NCBI GenBank assembly: GCA_963728605.1
Contig: CAVSKS010000009.1
Coordinates: 599,317-663,316, forward strand
From: an uncultured Chloroflexia bacterium
GTDB taxonomy: Bacteria; Chloroflexota; Limnocylindria; Limnocylindrales; CSP1-4
Length of the DNA: 64,000 bases
Direction of reading: 5' to 3'
A program made the translations under genes and the position numbers. The notes beneath the pieces are model-generated. The model was not told the DNA's origin and ran no database searches. It worked only from the letters and a program-made list of their open reading frames with translations. Numbering within the stretch: the first letter of the stretch is position 1; each line of letters opens with the position of its first letter. Below, one piece after another: positions 34,965-44,719 of this stretch.

Positions 34965-36876
34965 CTTCGACCAGTTCGAGCGGCGCCTCGCAGACGGCCT
35001 CCGATCCGACGCCGATGTGAGCGTTGGTCCATTCGAGGCAGCGTCGATCGCGCGGGCAGCGATCGCCACCAATCGGTCGGCGGCCCCGCGCGTTCCCTGG
35101 ACGTCGTCGCGACGGGCCCGACGGTTCGGCCGAGGCCGCGGCATGACGCTTTTGGCGGCCGCAGTCGTGCTCGGCGGTGGCGTTCTGGCGGCGGGCTCCG
35201 GCCTCCTGCGGCTGCCGACATTCGTCCCGCCCGTGCCTGCCCCATCCGGGGTTTCGGTCGCCACGGGATCGCCGGATGCGACGTCCTCGAGCGAATCGGC
35301 AGCACCATTCCCAAGCGCCATCCCTGCCGCGGGTCCCGGAGGCGCCTGGATCCCAACCGGGACGATGGTGACGCCCGGCAACGGACACACCGCTGTGCGA
35401 CTTCAGGACGGCAGGGTGCTGCTGGTCGGCGTCACTGGCCCGGAGCAGGATTACGGGACAGCCGCGGAGGTGTATGACCCCGCGACCGGGGCCTGGTCCG
35501 CCGCCGGGAACATCTCGATGCCGCTCGTCACCGCCACGTTGCTGCCCGACGGCAGGGTGCTCGTCCTCGTGGGGGACCCCAACGGTGGTCCCCGCCGTGC
35601 GGAGGTGTACGACCCAGCCACTGGGACCTGGACCGCCACCGGTCCGATGGACCCGAGTGCGGAAGAAGCTGACGGCGCGTTCACAATGCTCCTGGACGGG
35701 CGGGTCCTGTTGGCTGGCAGGGACGGCGCCCAGGTCTACGACCCAGGGACTGGGACCTGGACCGCCACCGGTCCGATGGACCCGGATTTGGAGCCTGACA
35801 CGTACACCGTGCTCCGAGACGGCCGGGTCCTGGTGGCTGGCGGCGACCGTGCCCAGGTATACGACCCCGCCAGTGACACCTGGTCTGCCACCGGCGAGAA
35901 GAATGATCACGGCTATGCCGCAGCGGCCACCCTGCTGTCCGACGGCAAAGTCCTCGTTGCGGGCGGCATGACCTTTTCGCTGCCGGACAACTATGACCGT
36001 CTCGACCTGGCCGAGATATACGACCCCGTCACAGGGTCCTGGAGCGCGGCCGCGAGCATGCACGCGAAAACCAGGCCCGTGGCGGCGTTTCTGCAGCCCG
36101 ATGGCAAGGTCTTCGTGGTCGGATCGACGTTCTCCCCTACCTCATCGGTCATCTCGGCAGCTGAGGTGTACGACCCAGCCACCGACACCTGGACCGCACT
36201 CCCTGTGAGACCCGGCATCGAGTACAACGACGCGACCCTGCTGTCGGACGGCGCCGTGCTGGTGAGGGGCGTGGAAGATACCGAGCGGCGTGACTGTACG
36301 GCGGACCTCTACGACCCACACACCGGGTCGTGGACGACCGCCTCCACCGCGCCCTGGTGCGGCGGCTCGTTCACGCTCCTGCTCGACGGCACGGTCCTCG
36401 TGGCAGGAAGCAGGGACTGCAACGGCGAGGGTGTCTGCGTTTCGAATGGCGCGGCGGCGCTGTATGTCCCCGCCGGCGTAACCCTGCCGCGCTTGCCGGC
36501 GTTCCCGAGTCCGGCTCCGCCAGTCTTCCCGAGCCCGACCCCGGTGCCGACGCCGCTGCCGCCGGCAGCCGGTCCCGTTCCGCCGAATGCGCGGTCCTGG
36601 ACGGTCACGGTCGACAACCAGAGCTCCGAGCCCGCAGCACTGTTCGTGGCCGACGAAGCCTGGGACGGCTTGCGGCTCGTCGGGTCGGCGACCCCGAACG
36701 TGGTCCCAGCCGGCACCACGATGGAAGTGACCTTCCTCTTCCCTGCCGATGGCGGCTGGATCTATGTGAACCCGCGACCGGGCGAAGGTGGGGCGTTGGT
36801 CAGCGCGGACGACATCGGCATCCCGGGCAAGATCCTGATCCGAGAAGAGGGCGACGCGGGATGGTTGAGCCCCTAG
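34957..36876 (+). CDS. anti-sigma factor with Kelch-type beta-propeller ectodomain
   Basis: MHDFDQFERRL, then TM helix LLAAAVVLGGGVLAAGSG. Repeats AEVYDPATGxWxAxG...LLxDGRVLV. Pro-rich segment near the C-terminus. Confidence 0.75.
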   Translation: MHDFDQFERRLADGLRSDADVSVGPFEAASIARAAIATNRSAAPRVPWTSSRRARRFGRGRGMTLLAAAVVLGGGVLAAGSGLLRLPTFVPPVPAPSGVSVATGSPDATSSSESAAPFPSAIPAAGPGGAWIPTGTMVTPGNGHTAVRLQDGRVLLVGVTGPEQDYGTAAEVYDPATGAWSAAGNISMPLVTATLLPDGRVLVLVGDPNGGPRRAEVYDPATGTWTATGPMDPSAEEADGAFTMLLDGRVLLAGRDGAQVYDPGTGTWTATGPMDPDLEPDTYTVLRDGRVLVAGGDRAQVYDPASDTWSATGEKNDHGYAAAATLLSDGKVLVAGGMTFSLPDNYDRLDLAEIYDPVTGSWSAAASMHAKTRPVAAFLQPDGKVFVVGSTFSPTSSVISAAEVYDPATDTWTALPVRPGIEYNDATLLSDGAVLVRGVEDTERRDCTADLYDPHTGSWTTASTAPWCGGSFTLLLDGTVLVAGSRDCNGEGVCVSNGAAALYVPAGVTLPRLPAFPSPAPPVFPSPTPVPTPLPPAAGPVPPNARSWTVTVDNQSSEPAALFVADEAWDGLRLVGSATPNVVPAGTTMEVTFLFPADGGWIYVNPRPGEGGALVSADDIGIPGKILIREEGDAGWLSP

Positions 36877-37141
36877 CTGCCGGCCGCTGGCCGCGAGCGC
36901 CGGTCCCGACCATGGCGGCCGCCGAAGGGGCGGAGAGCTGGCAACGACGAGCGCCATAGCGCTTCTTCAACCGGGCTGATTGCGCGGGCAGCCTGCCTGC
37001 GCCTAACGCTAGGAGGGTCCTCGATGCCCATGTCCCTTGCCTGCCCCTGCCCGTCGGATCACCTCTGACCCGCGGGTCCTTCCACCAGCGCGCGCTTGCC
37101 GAGGTTCGCCTCGGGTGCCCGCCGCCCGAGAGGAGCTACTG

Positions 37142-38497
37142 ATGAACACCCGGATTGCCATCGCCCAGTCCCGATCGATCCGCGGACCGGTGATCGTTCT
37201 GCTCGCTGCTGCCCTTGCCCTTGGCGCCTTCGCCGCGCCGGCTCGTGGCCAGTCGGGCGAGAACGCCGCGACCACCTGGAACCTGATCGCCTCGAGCGCA
37301 ATCATGAGCCCAGCTCCAGCGGGAGCGGGTCAGCCGCCGCATGCCGCCGTCCTCAGCCTCGGCATGGTCCAGGGAGCGGTCTACGACGCGGTAAATGCCA
37401 TCGACGGCGGGCGGCAGCCGTACCTTGCCGACCCGTCCGCCGAAGCCTGGTACTCGAAGGATTCCGCCGTCGCGGCCGCGTCCTTCCGGGTGCTGGTCGG
37501 GCTCTTCCCGGCCCAGCAGACGGCCCTTCAGGCCCAGTACGACGCATTCCTCGCCGGCCTGCCGGATGGCGCGGCCAAGGCTGGTGGCGTCGCCGTCGGC
37601 GAGGCGACGGCCGCAGCCATGCTGACGGCCCGGGCGAACGACGGCCGGTTCGGTCCGTTCACCGTCGTCGAGGGCACGGATCCCGGCGAGTGGCGCCTCG
37701 CGCCGCCGCAGGGACCCACCGGCATCGTGGCTCGTGACCCGGCCCCCTGGGTGGGCAACGTCGATCCGTTCATCGTGCCGGACGTCGAGAGGCTCCGGAC
37801 CGACGGCCCGAACCCGTTGACCAGCGCGGCCTACGCCGAGGACTTCAACGAGGTCAAGGAGCTCGGTTCGCTCAGCAGCACGAAGCGGACGGAAGACCAG
37901 ACGGCGGCCGCAATCTTCTGGCAGGACAGCGGACCCGCGATCTTCAACCGCCTTTACCGCTCATTGGCGGCCAGCGAAGACCTGGACATCGTAGAGAGCG
38001 CCCGGCTCTACGCAATGGCCAACCTGGCCGCGGCCGACGGGTCAATCGGCTGCTGGAACGACAAGTGGCACTGGAGCTCATGGCGGCCGATCACGGCCAT
38101 CCGCGAAGCGGCCGGCGACGGCAATCCGGCGACCGTCGCCGATCCGGCCTGGGTGCCGCTATTCGACCCAACTGTCGCGGTCTCGGGGGCGCCGCTCGTG
38201 ACGCCCGGCTTCCCGGACCATCCGGCCGGTCACACCTGCATCAGCAGCGCCACGACGCATGCTCTGCAGGACTTCTTCGGCACGGACAAGGTCTCCTTCA
38301 CGGTGACGAGCAACAAGTGCTCGCCAGCCCCATGCCCGCCCCGGAGCTTCGATCGCTTCTCGGTCGCGCTCAAGGAGATCATCGACGCCCGCGTCTGGGG
38401 CGGCATCCACTTCCGGACGGCCGACGTGCAGGGAGCGGTCCTCGGCAAGAAGGTCGCCCGATACCTCGACCAGCACTACTTTCTGCCGGTGAACTGA
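37142..38497 (+). CDS. secreted PAP2/vanadium-dependent haloperoxidase-family protein
   Basis: GAGGAG before the ATG. Signal peptide. KWHWSSWRPI (K..RP), HPAGHT (PSGH-like) and GGIHFRTAD (SG.H...D) motifs. Confidence 0.7.
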   Translation: MNTRIAIAQSRSIRGPVIVLLAAALALGAFAAPARGQSGENAATTWNLIASSAIMSPAPAGAGQPPHAAVLSLGMVQGAVYDAVNAIDGGRQPYLADPSAEAWYSKDSAVAAASFRVLVGLFPAQQTALQAQYDAFLAGLPDGAAKAGGVAVGEATAAAMLTARANDGRFGPFTVVEGTDPGEWRLAPPQGPTGIVARDPAPWVGNVDPFIVPDVERLRTDGPNPLTSAAYAEDFNEVKELGSLSSTKRTEDQTAAAIFWQDSGPAIFNRLYRSLAASEDLDIVESARLYAMANLAAADGSIGCWNDKWHWSSWRPITAIREAAGDGNPATVADPAWVPLFDPTVAVSGAPLVTPGFPDHPAGHTCISSATTHALQDFFGTDKVSFTVTSNKCSPAPCPPRSFDRFSVALKEIIDARVWGGIHFRTADVQGAVLGKKVARYLDQHYFLPVN

Positions 38498-38576
38498 CCC
38501 ATTCGATGGGCCGCCTCCGGAGGGTCCGAACACGCTCACTCGACCGCCGAACCGGAATGCCGGTTCGGCGGTCAGC

Positions 38577-39296
38577 TCAGCCTCCGTCGCCGAAGATGTC
38601 ATGGCCAGAGGCGGTCCGGGGGTACCGCTCGGCGTAATCCTGCAACTCGCGGGGCAGAGCGTCGAGCCGCACCTCGTCCACGGCCAGCCGGAAGAACAGC
38701 TCGTTCATCGCCCAGTAGTGGTAGAGGAACTGCTCGAACGAGTCCGCGCAGACGGCCAGCGACCCCGCCCATTCGGCCAGGCGGATCTCACGAACCGGTT
38801 CGGCTTCACCGTCGTCAAACCCAACGGGCTCGGGCGTCACGACCACCGCCTCGGACCCGTCGGGCCCGGCGTACAACAGCCAGTGCAGGATCCATTGCTG
38901 GTCGGACAGGAAGTGGACGAGCTCGCCACCGTCGTCGGTCCGGACCCCAAAGTGCCCCAGGTCGAGGTAGCACGCGGTCGCCGATCGGATGTGACGGCGT
39001 GGCTCCGGGTCCTCGATGAATCGGCGGAACGCTCCGGGAAGGGGCCGACCCGAGACCACGGCACGCAGCCCATCCGCGTCCGCGTCCCGCTCGGCGGGAT
39101 CATCGGGGCCGCGGGTGAGCGACGGGTTGTGCGTCGGCGTCTCGAGCAGCCAGGCCATGCTCCCGTCCAGCGCGGCGCCGACGGGTGGCAGCGAGTCCAG
39201 GTCGACGGTGGAATAGGTCGCCCAGGTATCGAAGATGCCGGGTACGCCGATGGTCGGCCAGAGGCGACGAAGATCCGGTAGCGTGCTTTGCGGCAT
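38577..39296 (-). CDS. SMI1/KNR4 (SUKH)-like protein
   Basis: RPLPGAFRRFIED...LVHFLSDQQWILHWLLY...FEQFLYHYW. Confidence 0.5.
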   Translation of the reverse strand: MPQSTLPDLRRLWPTIGVPGIFDTWATYSTVDLDSLPPVGAALDGSMAWLLETPTHNPSLTRGPDDPAERDADADGLRAVVSGRPLPGAFRRFIEDPEPRRHIRSATACYLDLGHFGVRTDDGGELVHFLSDQQWILHWLLYAGPDGSEAVVVTPEPVGFDDGEAEPVREIRLAEWAGSLAVCADSFEQFLYHYWAMNELFFRLAVDEVRLDALPRELQDYAERYPRTASGHDIFGDGG

Positions 39297-39333
39297 CCGA
39301 TCAGATTACCGACTCTCCGCCTAGACTCGGCTC

Positions 39334-40359
39334 GTGAAGAAGATCGGCTTCCTTTCGTTCGGGCACTGGTCCGCGTCACCGTATTCCCAGGTCAGGTCCG
39401 CCTCCGACGCGCTCGTCCAGTCCATCGAGCTCGCCGAGGCCGTCGAGGACCTCGGCGCGGACGGTGCCTTCTTTCGCGTCCACCACTTCGCCCAGCAGCT
39501 GGCGTCGCCGTTCCCGCTGCTCGCCGCGATCGGCGCGCGCACGAAGCGAATCGAGATCGGGACAGCGGTCGTCGACATGCGCTACGAGAACCCGCTGTAC
39601 ATGGCCGAGGACGCCGGCGCGGCCGATCTCATCTCTGGTGGTCGGCTGCAGCTCGGGATCAGCCGCGGCTCGCCTGAGCAGGTGATCGACGGCTTCCGCT
39701 ACTTCGGCTACCAGCCGGCGGAGGACGACCCCGTCGGCGCCGAGCTGGCCCGCCAGCACACCGATGTCTTCCTCAACGTCATCTCCGGCGCCGGCTTCGC
39801 CGAGCCCAACCCCTCGCCGATGTTCCCGAACCCGCCCGGGCTGCTCCGGCCGGAGCCCCATTCTCCAGGCCTTCGGGACCGGATCTGGTGGGGTGCTGGC
39901 TCGCGCGCAACGGCGGAATGGGCCGCCCAGCAAGGGCTCAACCTGATGTCGTCGACGCTGATGACCGAGGACGCCGGGGTCCCGTTTCACGAGCTCCAGG
40001 CCGAGCAGATCCGGCTGTTTCGCGAGGCCTGGGCGGTGGCCGGACACGAGCGCGAGCCGCGGATCTCGGTGAGCCGCAGCATCTTCGCGATCGTGGACGA
40101 TCGCGATCGGGCCTACTTCGGACGGTCGAACCAGGACCGTGATCAGGTGGGCTACATCGACGCCCAGACCAAGGCGATCTTCGGCCGCTCGTACGCCGCC
40201 GAGCCGGACGTCCTCGTCAAGGAGCTCGCAAACGACACGGCAATCCAGGCGGCTGACACCCTCATGCTCACCGTGCCGAACCAGCTGGGCGTCGACTACA
40301 ACGCCCACGCGATCGAGAGCATTTTGAAGTACGTCGCGCCCGACCTTGGCTGGCGGTAG
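39334..40359 (+). CDS. LLM-class flavin/F420-dependent oxidoreductase (luciferase-like monooxygenase)
   Basis: IGFLSFGHWS...VEDLGADGAFFRVHHF...ISGGRLQLGISRG. Confidence 0.85.
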   Translation: MKKIGFLSFGHWSASPYSQVRSASDALVQSIELAEAVEDLGADGAFFRVHHFAQQLASPFPLLAAIGARTKRIEIGTAVVDMRYENPLYMAEDAGAADLISGGRLQLGISRGSPEQVIDGFRYFGYQPAEDDPVGAELARQHTDVFLNVISGAGFAEPNPSPMFPNPPGLLRPEPHSPGLRDRIWWGAGSRATAEWAAQQGLNLMSSTLMTEDAGVPFHELQAEQIRLFREAWAVAGHEREPRISVSRSIFAIVDDRDRAYFGRSNQDRDQVGYIDAQTKAIFGRSYAAEPDVLVKELANDTAIQAADTLMLTVPNQLGVDYNAHAIESILKYVAPDLGWR

Positions 40360-40540
40360 GCCGACGCCCGCTGTTTCAGTTCAGCCGGATGTTCTTGGTG
40401 CAGCGATCGGACCCTTGGCTCTGCCCTTGCCGCGTGATCCGCTTGACGCCACCTTCGGAAGGCGCTCCTTGGGACCCGGCGTGGGTCGTGGCGAGATCGG
40501 ACACGATTGCACCCATGAAGACCAGAGGATCGCGATCAGA

Positions 40541-41116
40541 ATGACGACATACCTCCTGCTCCTGCGCGGCATCAACGTCGGCGGCAAGAACAAGGTGCCG
40601 ATGGCGTCCCTGCGCGAGCTCCTCGAAGGGCTGGGCTACTCGAACGTCTCCACGTACATCGCCAGCGGCAACGTGATCCTGCGCTCCGACCGCGCCGCCA
40701 CGACGATCAAGCGGCAGATCGAAGAGGCGCTCCCCAAGACGTTCAAGCTCGACAGCGAGCTCATCGCGGTGCTGGTCCTGACGCACGCCCAGCTTCGGGC
40801 CATCGTCGACGACAGGCCCAGGGGCTTCGGCGCGCATCCGGAGACGTACCACAGCGACGCCATCTTCCTCATCGGGATCGACGCGGCGACGGCGATGGAG
40901 GTCTTCGACCCACATCCCGACGTCGACCGCGTCTGGCCCGGCGATGGCGTGATCTATTCGCAGCGCCTCAGCGCGCAACGCACCAGGAGCCGCCTCAACA
41001 GGGCGATCACCACCCCGCTCTACAAGTCGATGACGATCCGCAGCTGGACGACGACGATGGCCCTGCTCGAACTCCTGGACGGACGCGAGGCGGGTGGAGA
41101 GACAGTGACGGCCTGA
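40541..41116 (+). CDS. DUF1697-family protein
   Basis: MTTYLLLLRGINVGGKNKVPMASLRELLEGLGYSNVSTYIASGNVIL is the DUF1697 N-terminus. Confidence 0.75.
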   Translation: MTTYLLLLRGINVGGKNKVPMASLRELLEGLGYSNVSTYIASGNVILRSDRAATTIKRQIEEALPKTFKLDSELIAVLVLTHAQLRAIVDDRPRGFGAHPETYHSDAIFLIGIDAATAMEVFDPHPDVDRVWPGDGVIYSQRLSAQRTRSRLNRAITTPLYKSMTIRSWTTTMALLELLDGREAGGETVTA

Positions 41117-41132
41117 GCCGCTGTCGGTATGG

Positions 41133-41411
41133 TCAGCCGTTCTGCCGACCGACCCGCGCGTGATGTCCAGGCGTCTCCTGACGGTGCGGGCCGTTCGACA
41201 CCCTCCGCCGATCAAACCCTATGGTGGGGTCCTCCCACCAGCCGATCCGGCCACCGGGCGTACCGTGGAACACGATGAACGGCAGCCCGGCCGGTTCGCC
41301 CCATTCAGCGACCGCGATGGTTCGGCCGTCCGGCGCCCGAATGCGGTGCTCGATGTGCTCCGGGATCTCGACGCCCTCGGGCTCGATCAAGGTGATGGGA
41401 TCGGTCATCAC
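41133..41411 (-). pseudogene. N-terminal fragment of an alpha/beta-hydrolase gene
   Basis: DGRTIAVAEWGEPAGLPFIVFHGTPGGR. Only 92 codons before a stop. No catalytic serine region. Confidence 0.4.
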
Positions 41412-41651
41412 CTAGGCCGGGGGATGCGTTTCGATCTGCTTCTGGAGGGCCCCGATCATCGCCAGGGCCTGCTGGTGGTCCTTTTCATTCGGCTGCTCGT
41501 GATCGGCAGCGATCCCGCAGTACACGTCATGGATGGCCTGGGCCATCGTCTCTTCGTCCGCCAGGGCGACACCGCGCTGACGCAACCAGCGGGCGGTGTC
41601 GCTGTCAGCGGCGACGTGCAACTGTTCCAGCAGCGATTCCAGGTTCGCCAT
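41412..41651 (-). CDS. small hypothetical protein
   Basis: 79-aa ORF immediately upstream of the hydrolase fragment. No similarity recognised. Confidence 0.35.
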   Translation of the reverse strand: MANLESLLEQLHVAADSDTARWLRQRGVALADEETMAQAIHDVYCGIAADHEQPNEKDHQQALAMIGALQKQIETHPPA

Positions 41652-41848
41652 CGGTGGGAAGTATCCGCGATCTCGTGGGTGGCTCGCCTTGCCAATACCG
41701 CATCTTTCGCATGGTTTCGACGGCCGCAGAGCGGTAGGATTGCCGCCGGACGGAGCCCCTGACTGACCGGTCGTCTGTGGTCACGATGCCGGGTCATGAT
41801 CGACCAAGGCACGTGGCAAGGCTCGAGGAGGAGTCACCAGTGCATGGA

Positions 41849-42958
41849 ATGCGTTCGCGAGTCGTCGCGTTTGCGGTGGTCGCCATGGTCGCGGCGACGG
41901 CGTGTACCGCGGCACCAGGGTCGTCGAAGGCCGCGACGGCGAAATCGGCGGCCGACATGGGCGGCCTGGCGGAGCTGGTCAAGGCCGCCGAGGCCGAAGG
42001 CAAGCTCAACGTCATCGCGGTGCCGCCGGAGTGGGCCAACTACAAGGGCGTGATCGAGAAGTTCAAGGCGAAGTACCCGAAGATCGCGGTCGACGAGCAG
42101 GGTCTGGACTTCAACAGCCAGCAGGAGATCGACGCCGTCAACAACCAGAAGGGCACCGACAAGGCCCCTGACGTCCTCGACCTCGCACCCGCCATCGCCC
42201 TTGCCAATACCGCGGTCCTCGCGCCCTATCAGAACGCCGCATGGGCCGACATCCCTGCCAATCTCAAGGAGTCGACGGGACTCTGGGTCAGCGACTATGC
42301 GGGCTTCATGTCCATCGGCTGCGACACCAAGAAGGTCGCCGCGCCGGCTACAGTGGCCGACCTCCTGAAGCCCGAGTACCAGGGCATGATCGCCCTCAAC
42401 GGCAACCCCAAGTCGGCCGCGTCCGGTCTCCATGGCGTGGTCATGGCCGCCCTGGCGAACGGCGGATCCGCGGACGACATCTCTGCCGGTGTGACGTTCT
42501 TCAACGACCTCAACGAGGCCGGCAACCTGCTGCCGGTCGACCCGACACCGGCGACCATCGCCTCCGGTCAGACGCCCTGCGTCATCGACTGGGAATACAA
42601 CAACGCGGCGCTCACGGCCGAGCTCACGACCAAGGGCATCGACTGGGCGGTCGCCGTCCCCTCGGATGCGGCGCCGGTGGCGTCCTACTACTACCAGGCC
42701 ATCAACAAGGATGCCCCGCATCCGGCCGCGGCGCGGCTGTGGCAGGAGTTCCTGTACACGCCCGAAGCGCAGAACGAGTGGCTGAAGGGCTTCGCCCGGC
42801 CCGTCCTGCAGGAGAAGATGATCGCGGATGGGACGATCGACCAGGCCGCCCTGGACGGCCTCGCCCAGGTGGACGGCACGCCCGTCGTCCTGACCGAGGC
42901 GCAGCAGAAGGCGGCCGCCGAGTACGTCAACGCCAACTGGAACATCGACCTGCCGTAG
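41849..42958 (+). CDS. ABC transporter substrate-binding lipoprotein (family 1; iron(III)/polyamine type)
   Basis: GAGGAGGAG ribosome-binding site. Lipobox VAATAC. Conserved solute-binding-protein fold. Confidence 0.85.
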   Translation: MRSRVVAFAVVAMVAATACTAAPGSSKAATAKSAADMGGLAELVKAAEAEGKLNVIAVPPEWANYKGVIEKFKAKYPKIAVDEQGLDFNSQQEIDAVNNQKGTDKAPDVLDLAPAIALANTAVLAPYQNAAWADIPANLKESTGLWVSDYAGFMSIGCDTKKVAAPATVADLLKPEYQGMIALNGNPKSAASGLHGVVMAALANGGSADDISAGVTFFNDLNEAGNLLPVDPTPATIASGQTPCVIDWEYNNAALTAELTTKGIDWAVAVPSDAAPVASYYYQAINKDAPHPAAARLWQEFLYTPEAQNEWLKGFARPVLQEKMIADGTIDQAALDGLAQVDGTPVVLTEAQQKAAAEYVNANWNIDLP

Positions 42959-42986
42959 TCCCACGGATCACTCGAACCCGCTCGAC

Positions 42987-43913
42987 GTGACGGTCTCGAC
43001 GCCGGCGTCAGAGCAGCGACAGGGGGCCGGCTCCGCCTTGGGCGAGGCCGGCCCTCCGCGCAGGCGCTGGACCGGTACCTACCTGCCGCTGGCGCCGTTC
43101 TTCTTCTACGTCAGCCTCTTCCTGCTCCTGCCCACGTTCATCGTCCTCGTCGGCGCGTTCCAGGCGGCCGACGGGTCACCTTCGCTCGACAGCATCACCA
43201 CCGTGATGACCGGTCCCCGCTTCCTGCAGGCGTTCGGCCGGTCGGTCCAGCTGTCGCTCGTGTCGGCCCTGGCGGGGGCCCTCCTTGGCGGCCTGTTCGC
43301 GTGGGCCGTCGCGACCGGGGGGCCCGGGGGTCGCCTTCGCCAGATCTCCGTCGCGGCGTCCGGCGTCCTTGCCCAATTCGGCGGGGTGATGCTGGCGTTC
43401 GCCTTCCTGGCCACCTTCGGCTTCAACGGCCTGGTGACCCTCCTGCTCAAGGACGCCGTGGGGCTCGACCTCACGAGTGACAGCACCTGGCTCTACGGGA
43501 TGACCGGGTTGACGATCGTCTACACCTACTTCCAGATCCCGCTCATGGTCATCGTCTTCCTGCCCGCTCTCGACGGCCTGCGAAAGGAGTGGTGGGAGGC
43601 GTCCACCAGCCTGGGCGGCTCCAGCTGGTCGTACTGGCGGAACGTGGCCGGGCCGATCCTCGCCCCGAGCTTCCTCGGCGCCGTGCTGCTCCTCTTCGCC
43701 AACGCGTTCTCCGCCTACGCGACCGCCGCCGCCCTCGTCAGCCAGGGCAGTCCCATCGTGCCGTTGCAGATCGGTGAGGCCATGTCCGGCGAGGTGATCC
43801 AGGGACAGGCGAGCGTGGGCAAGGCCCTCGCCCTCGGCATGATCATCGTGGTGGTGATCGTCATGGCCCTCTACGCCCTCCTTCAACGCCGGGCGTCGCG
43901 GTGGCTGCGATGA
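42987..43913 (+). CDS. ABC transporter permease
   Basis: Six TM helices. Permease EAA-like loop. Confidence 0.85.
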   Translation: MTVSTPASEQRQGAGSALGEAGPPRRRWTGTYLPLAPFFFYVSLFLLLPTFIVLVGAFQAADGSPSLDSITTVMTGPRFLQAFGRSVQLSLVSALAGALLGGLFAWAVATGGPGGRLRQISVAASGVLAQFGGVMLAFAFLATFGFNGLVTLLLKDAVGLDLTSDSTWLYGMTGLTIVYTYFQIPLMVIVFLPALDGLRKEWWEASTSLGGSSWSYWRNVAGPILAPSFLGAVLLLFANAFSAYATAAALVSQGSPIVPLQIGEAMSGEVIQGQASVGKALALGMIIVVVIVMALYALLQRRASRWLR

Positions 43914-44719
43914 CGACGCGAGGTCAGCGCCTCCGCTCGGTTGCGCGGTGGGCCATCGTCATCATCGTCGGCGGCTACCTCCTGCTGCCGCTCGTGGCGA
44001 TGGCCGAGTTCTCGACCAGGGGCGATTTCGGCAGCCGATCGCTCGATTCGTGGATCGCCATCGCGGAGGACCCGAACCTCGTCGAGGCGATCATCACGAC
44101 CCTCGCCATTGCGGCCCTGACCGCGGTCGGCGTGTTGGTGCTGCTCGTGCCGACCATTACCTGGACCTATCTCCGGGCGCCACGACTGAAGCGGCCCGTC
44201 GAGTTCCTGTGCCTGTTGCCGATCGCGATCCCGGCCATCGTCCTGGTCGTCGGGATCGTGCCCATCTATTCGATCCTGACGCGAGCCACGCGCGGCAATC
44301 CGCTGGTCCTCGTCTTCATTGACATCATCCTCGTCCTGCCATACGCCCACCGGGCCATCGACGCGGGCCTGCGGTCGATCGACGTGGCCACCCTCGCGGA
44401 GGCGGCACGGAGCCTGGGTGCCGGCTGGCCGCGGGTCATGCTCCAGATCATCGCCCCCAACCTGCGCGCCGCGATCCTGGCCGCCGCCGTCATCTCGGTC
44501 GCCCTCGTGCTGGGCGAGTTCACCATCTCGTCGCTGCTGAACTACGACACGCTGCAGGTGGTCATCAACCTGCTCGGCAAGCGCGATGCGTTCGTGGCGG
44601 TCGCGGTCTCGCTTGCCGCGCTGCTCTTTGCATTCGTGCTCATCTTCGGAATCGCCATCGTTGCCGGCGGTGGACGGCGACGACCCGAGGAAACCATCGA
44701 GGGGAGTGCCGGCTCATGA
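43901..44719 (+). CDS. ABC transporter permease
   Basis: Six TM helices. Overlaps its neighbours. Confidence 0.85.
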   Translation: MAAMTTRGQRLRSVARWAIVIIVGGYLLLPLVAMAEFSTRGDFGSRSLDSWIAIAEDPNLVEAIITTLAIAALTAVGVLVLLVPTITWTYLRAPRLKRPVEFLCLLPIAIPAIVLVVGIVPIYSILTRATRGNPLVLVFIDIILVLPYAHRAIDAGLRSIDVATLAEAARSLGAGWPRVMLQIIAPNLRAAILAAAVISVALVLGEFTISSLLNYDTLQVVINLLGKRDAFVAVAVSLAALLFAFVLIFGIAIVAGGGRRRPEETIEGSAGS

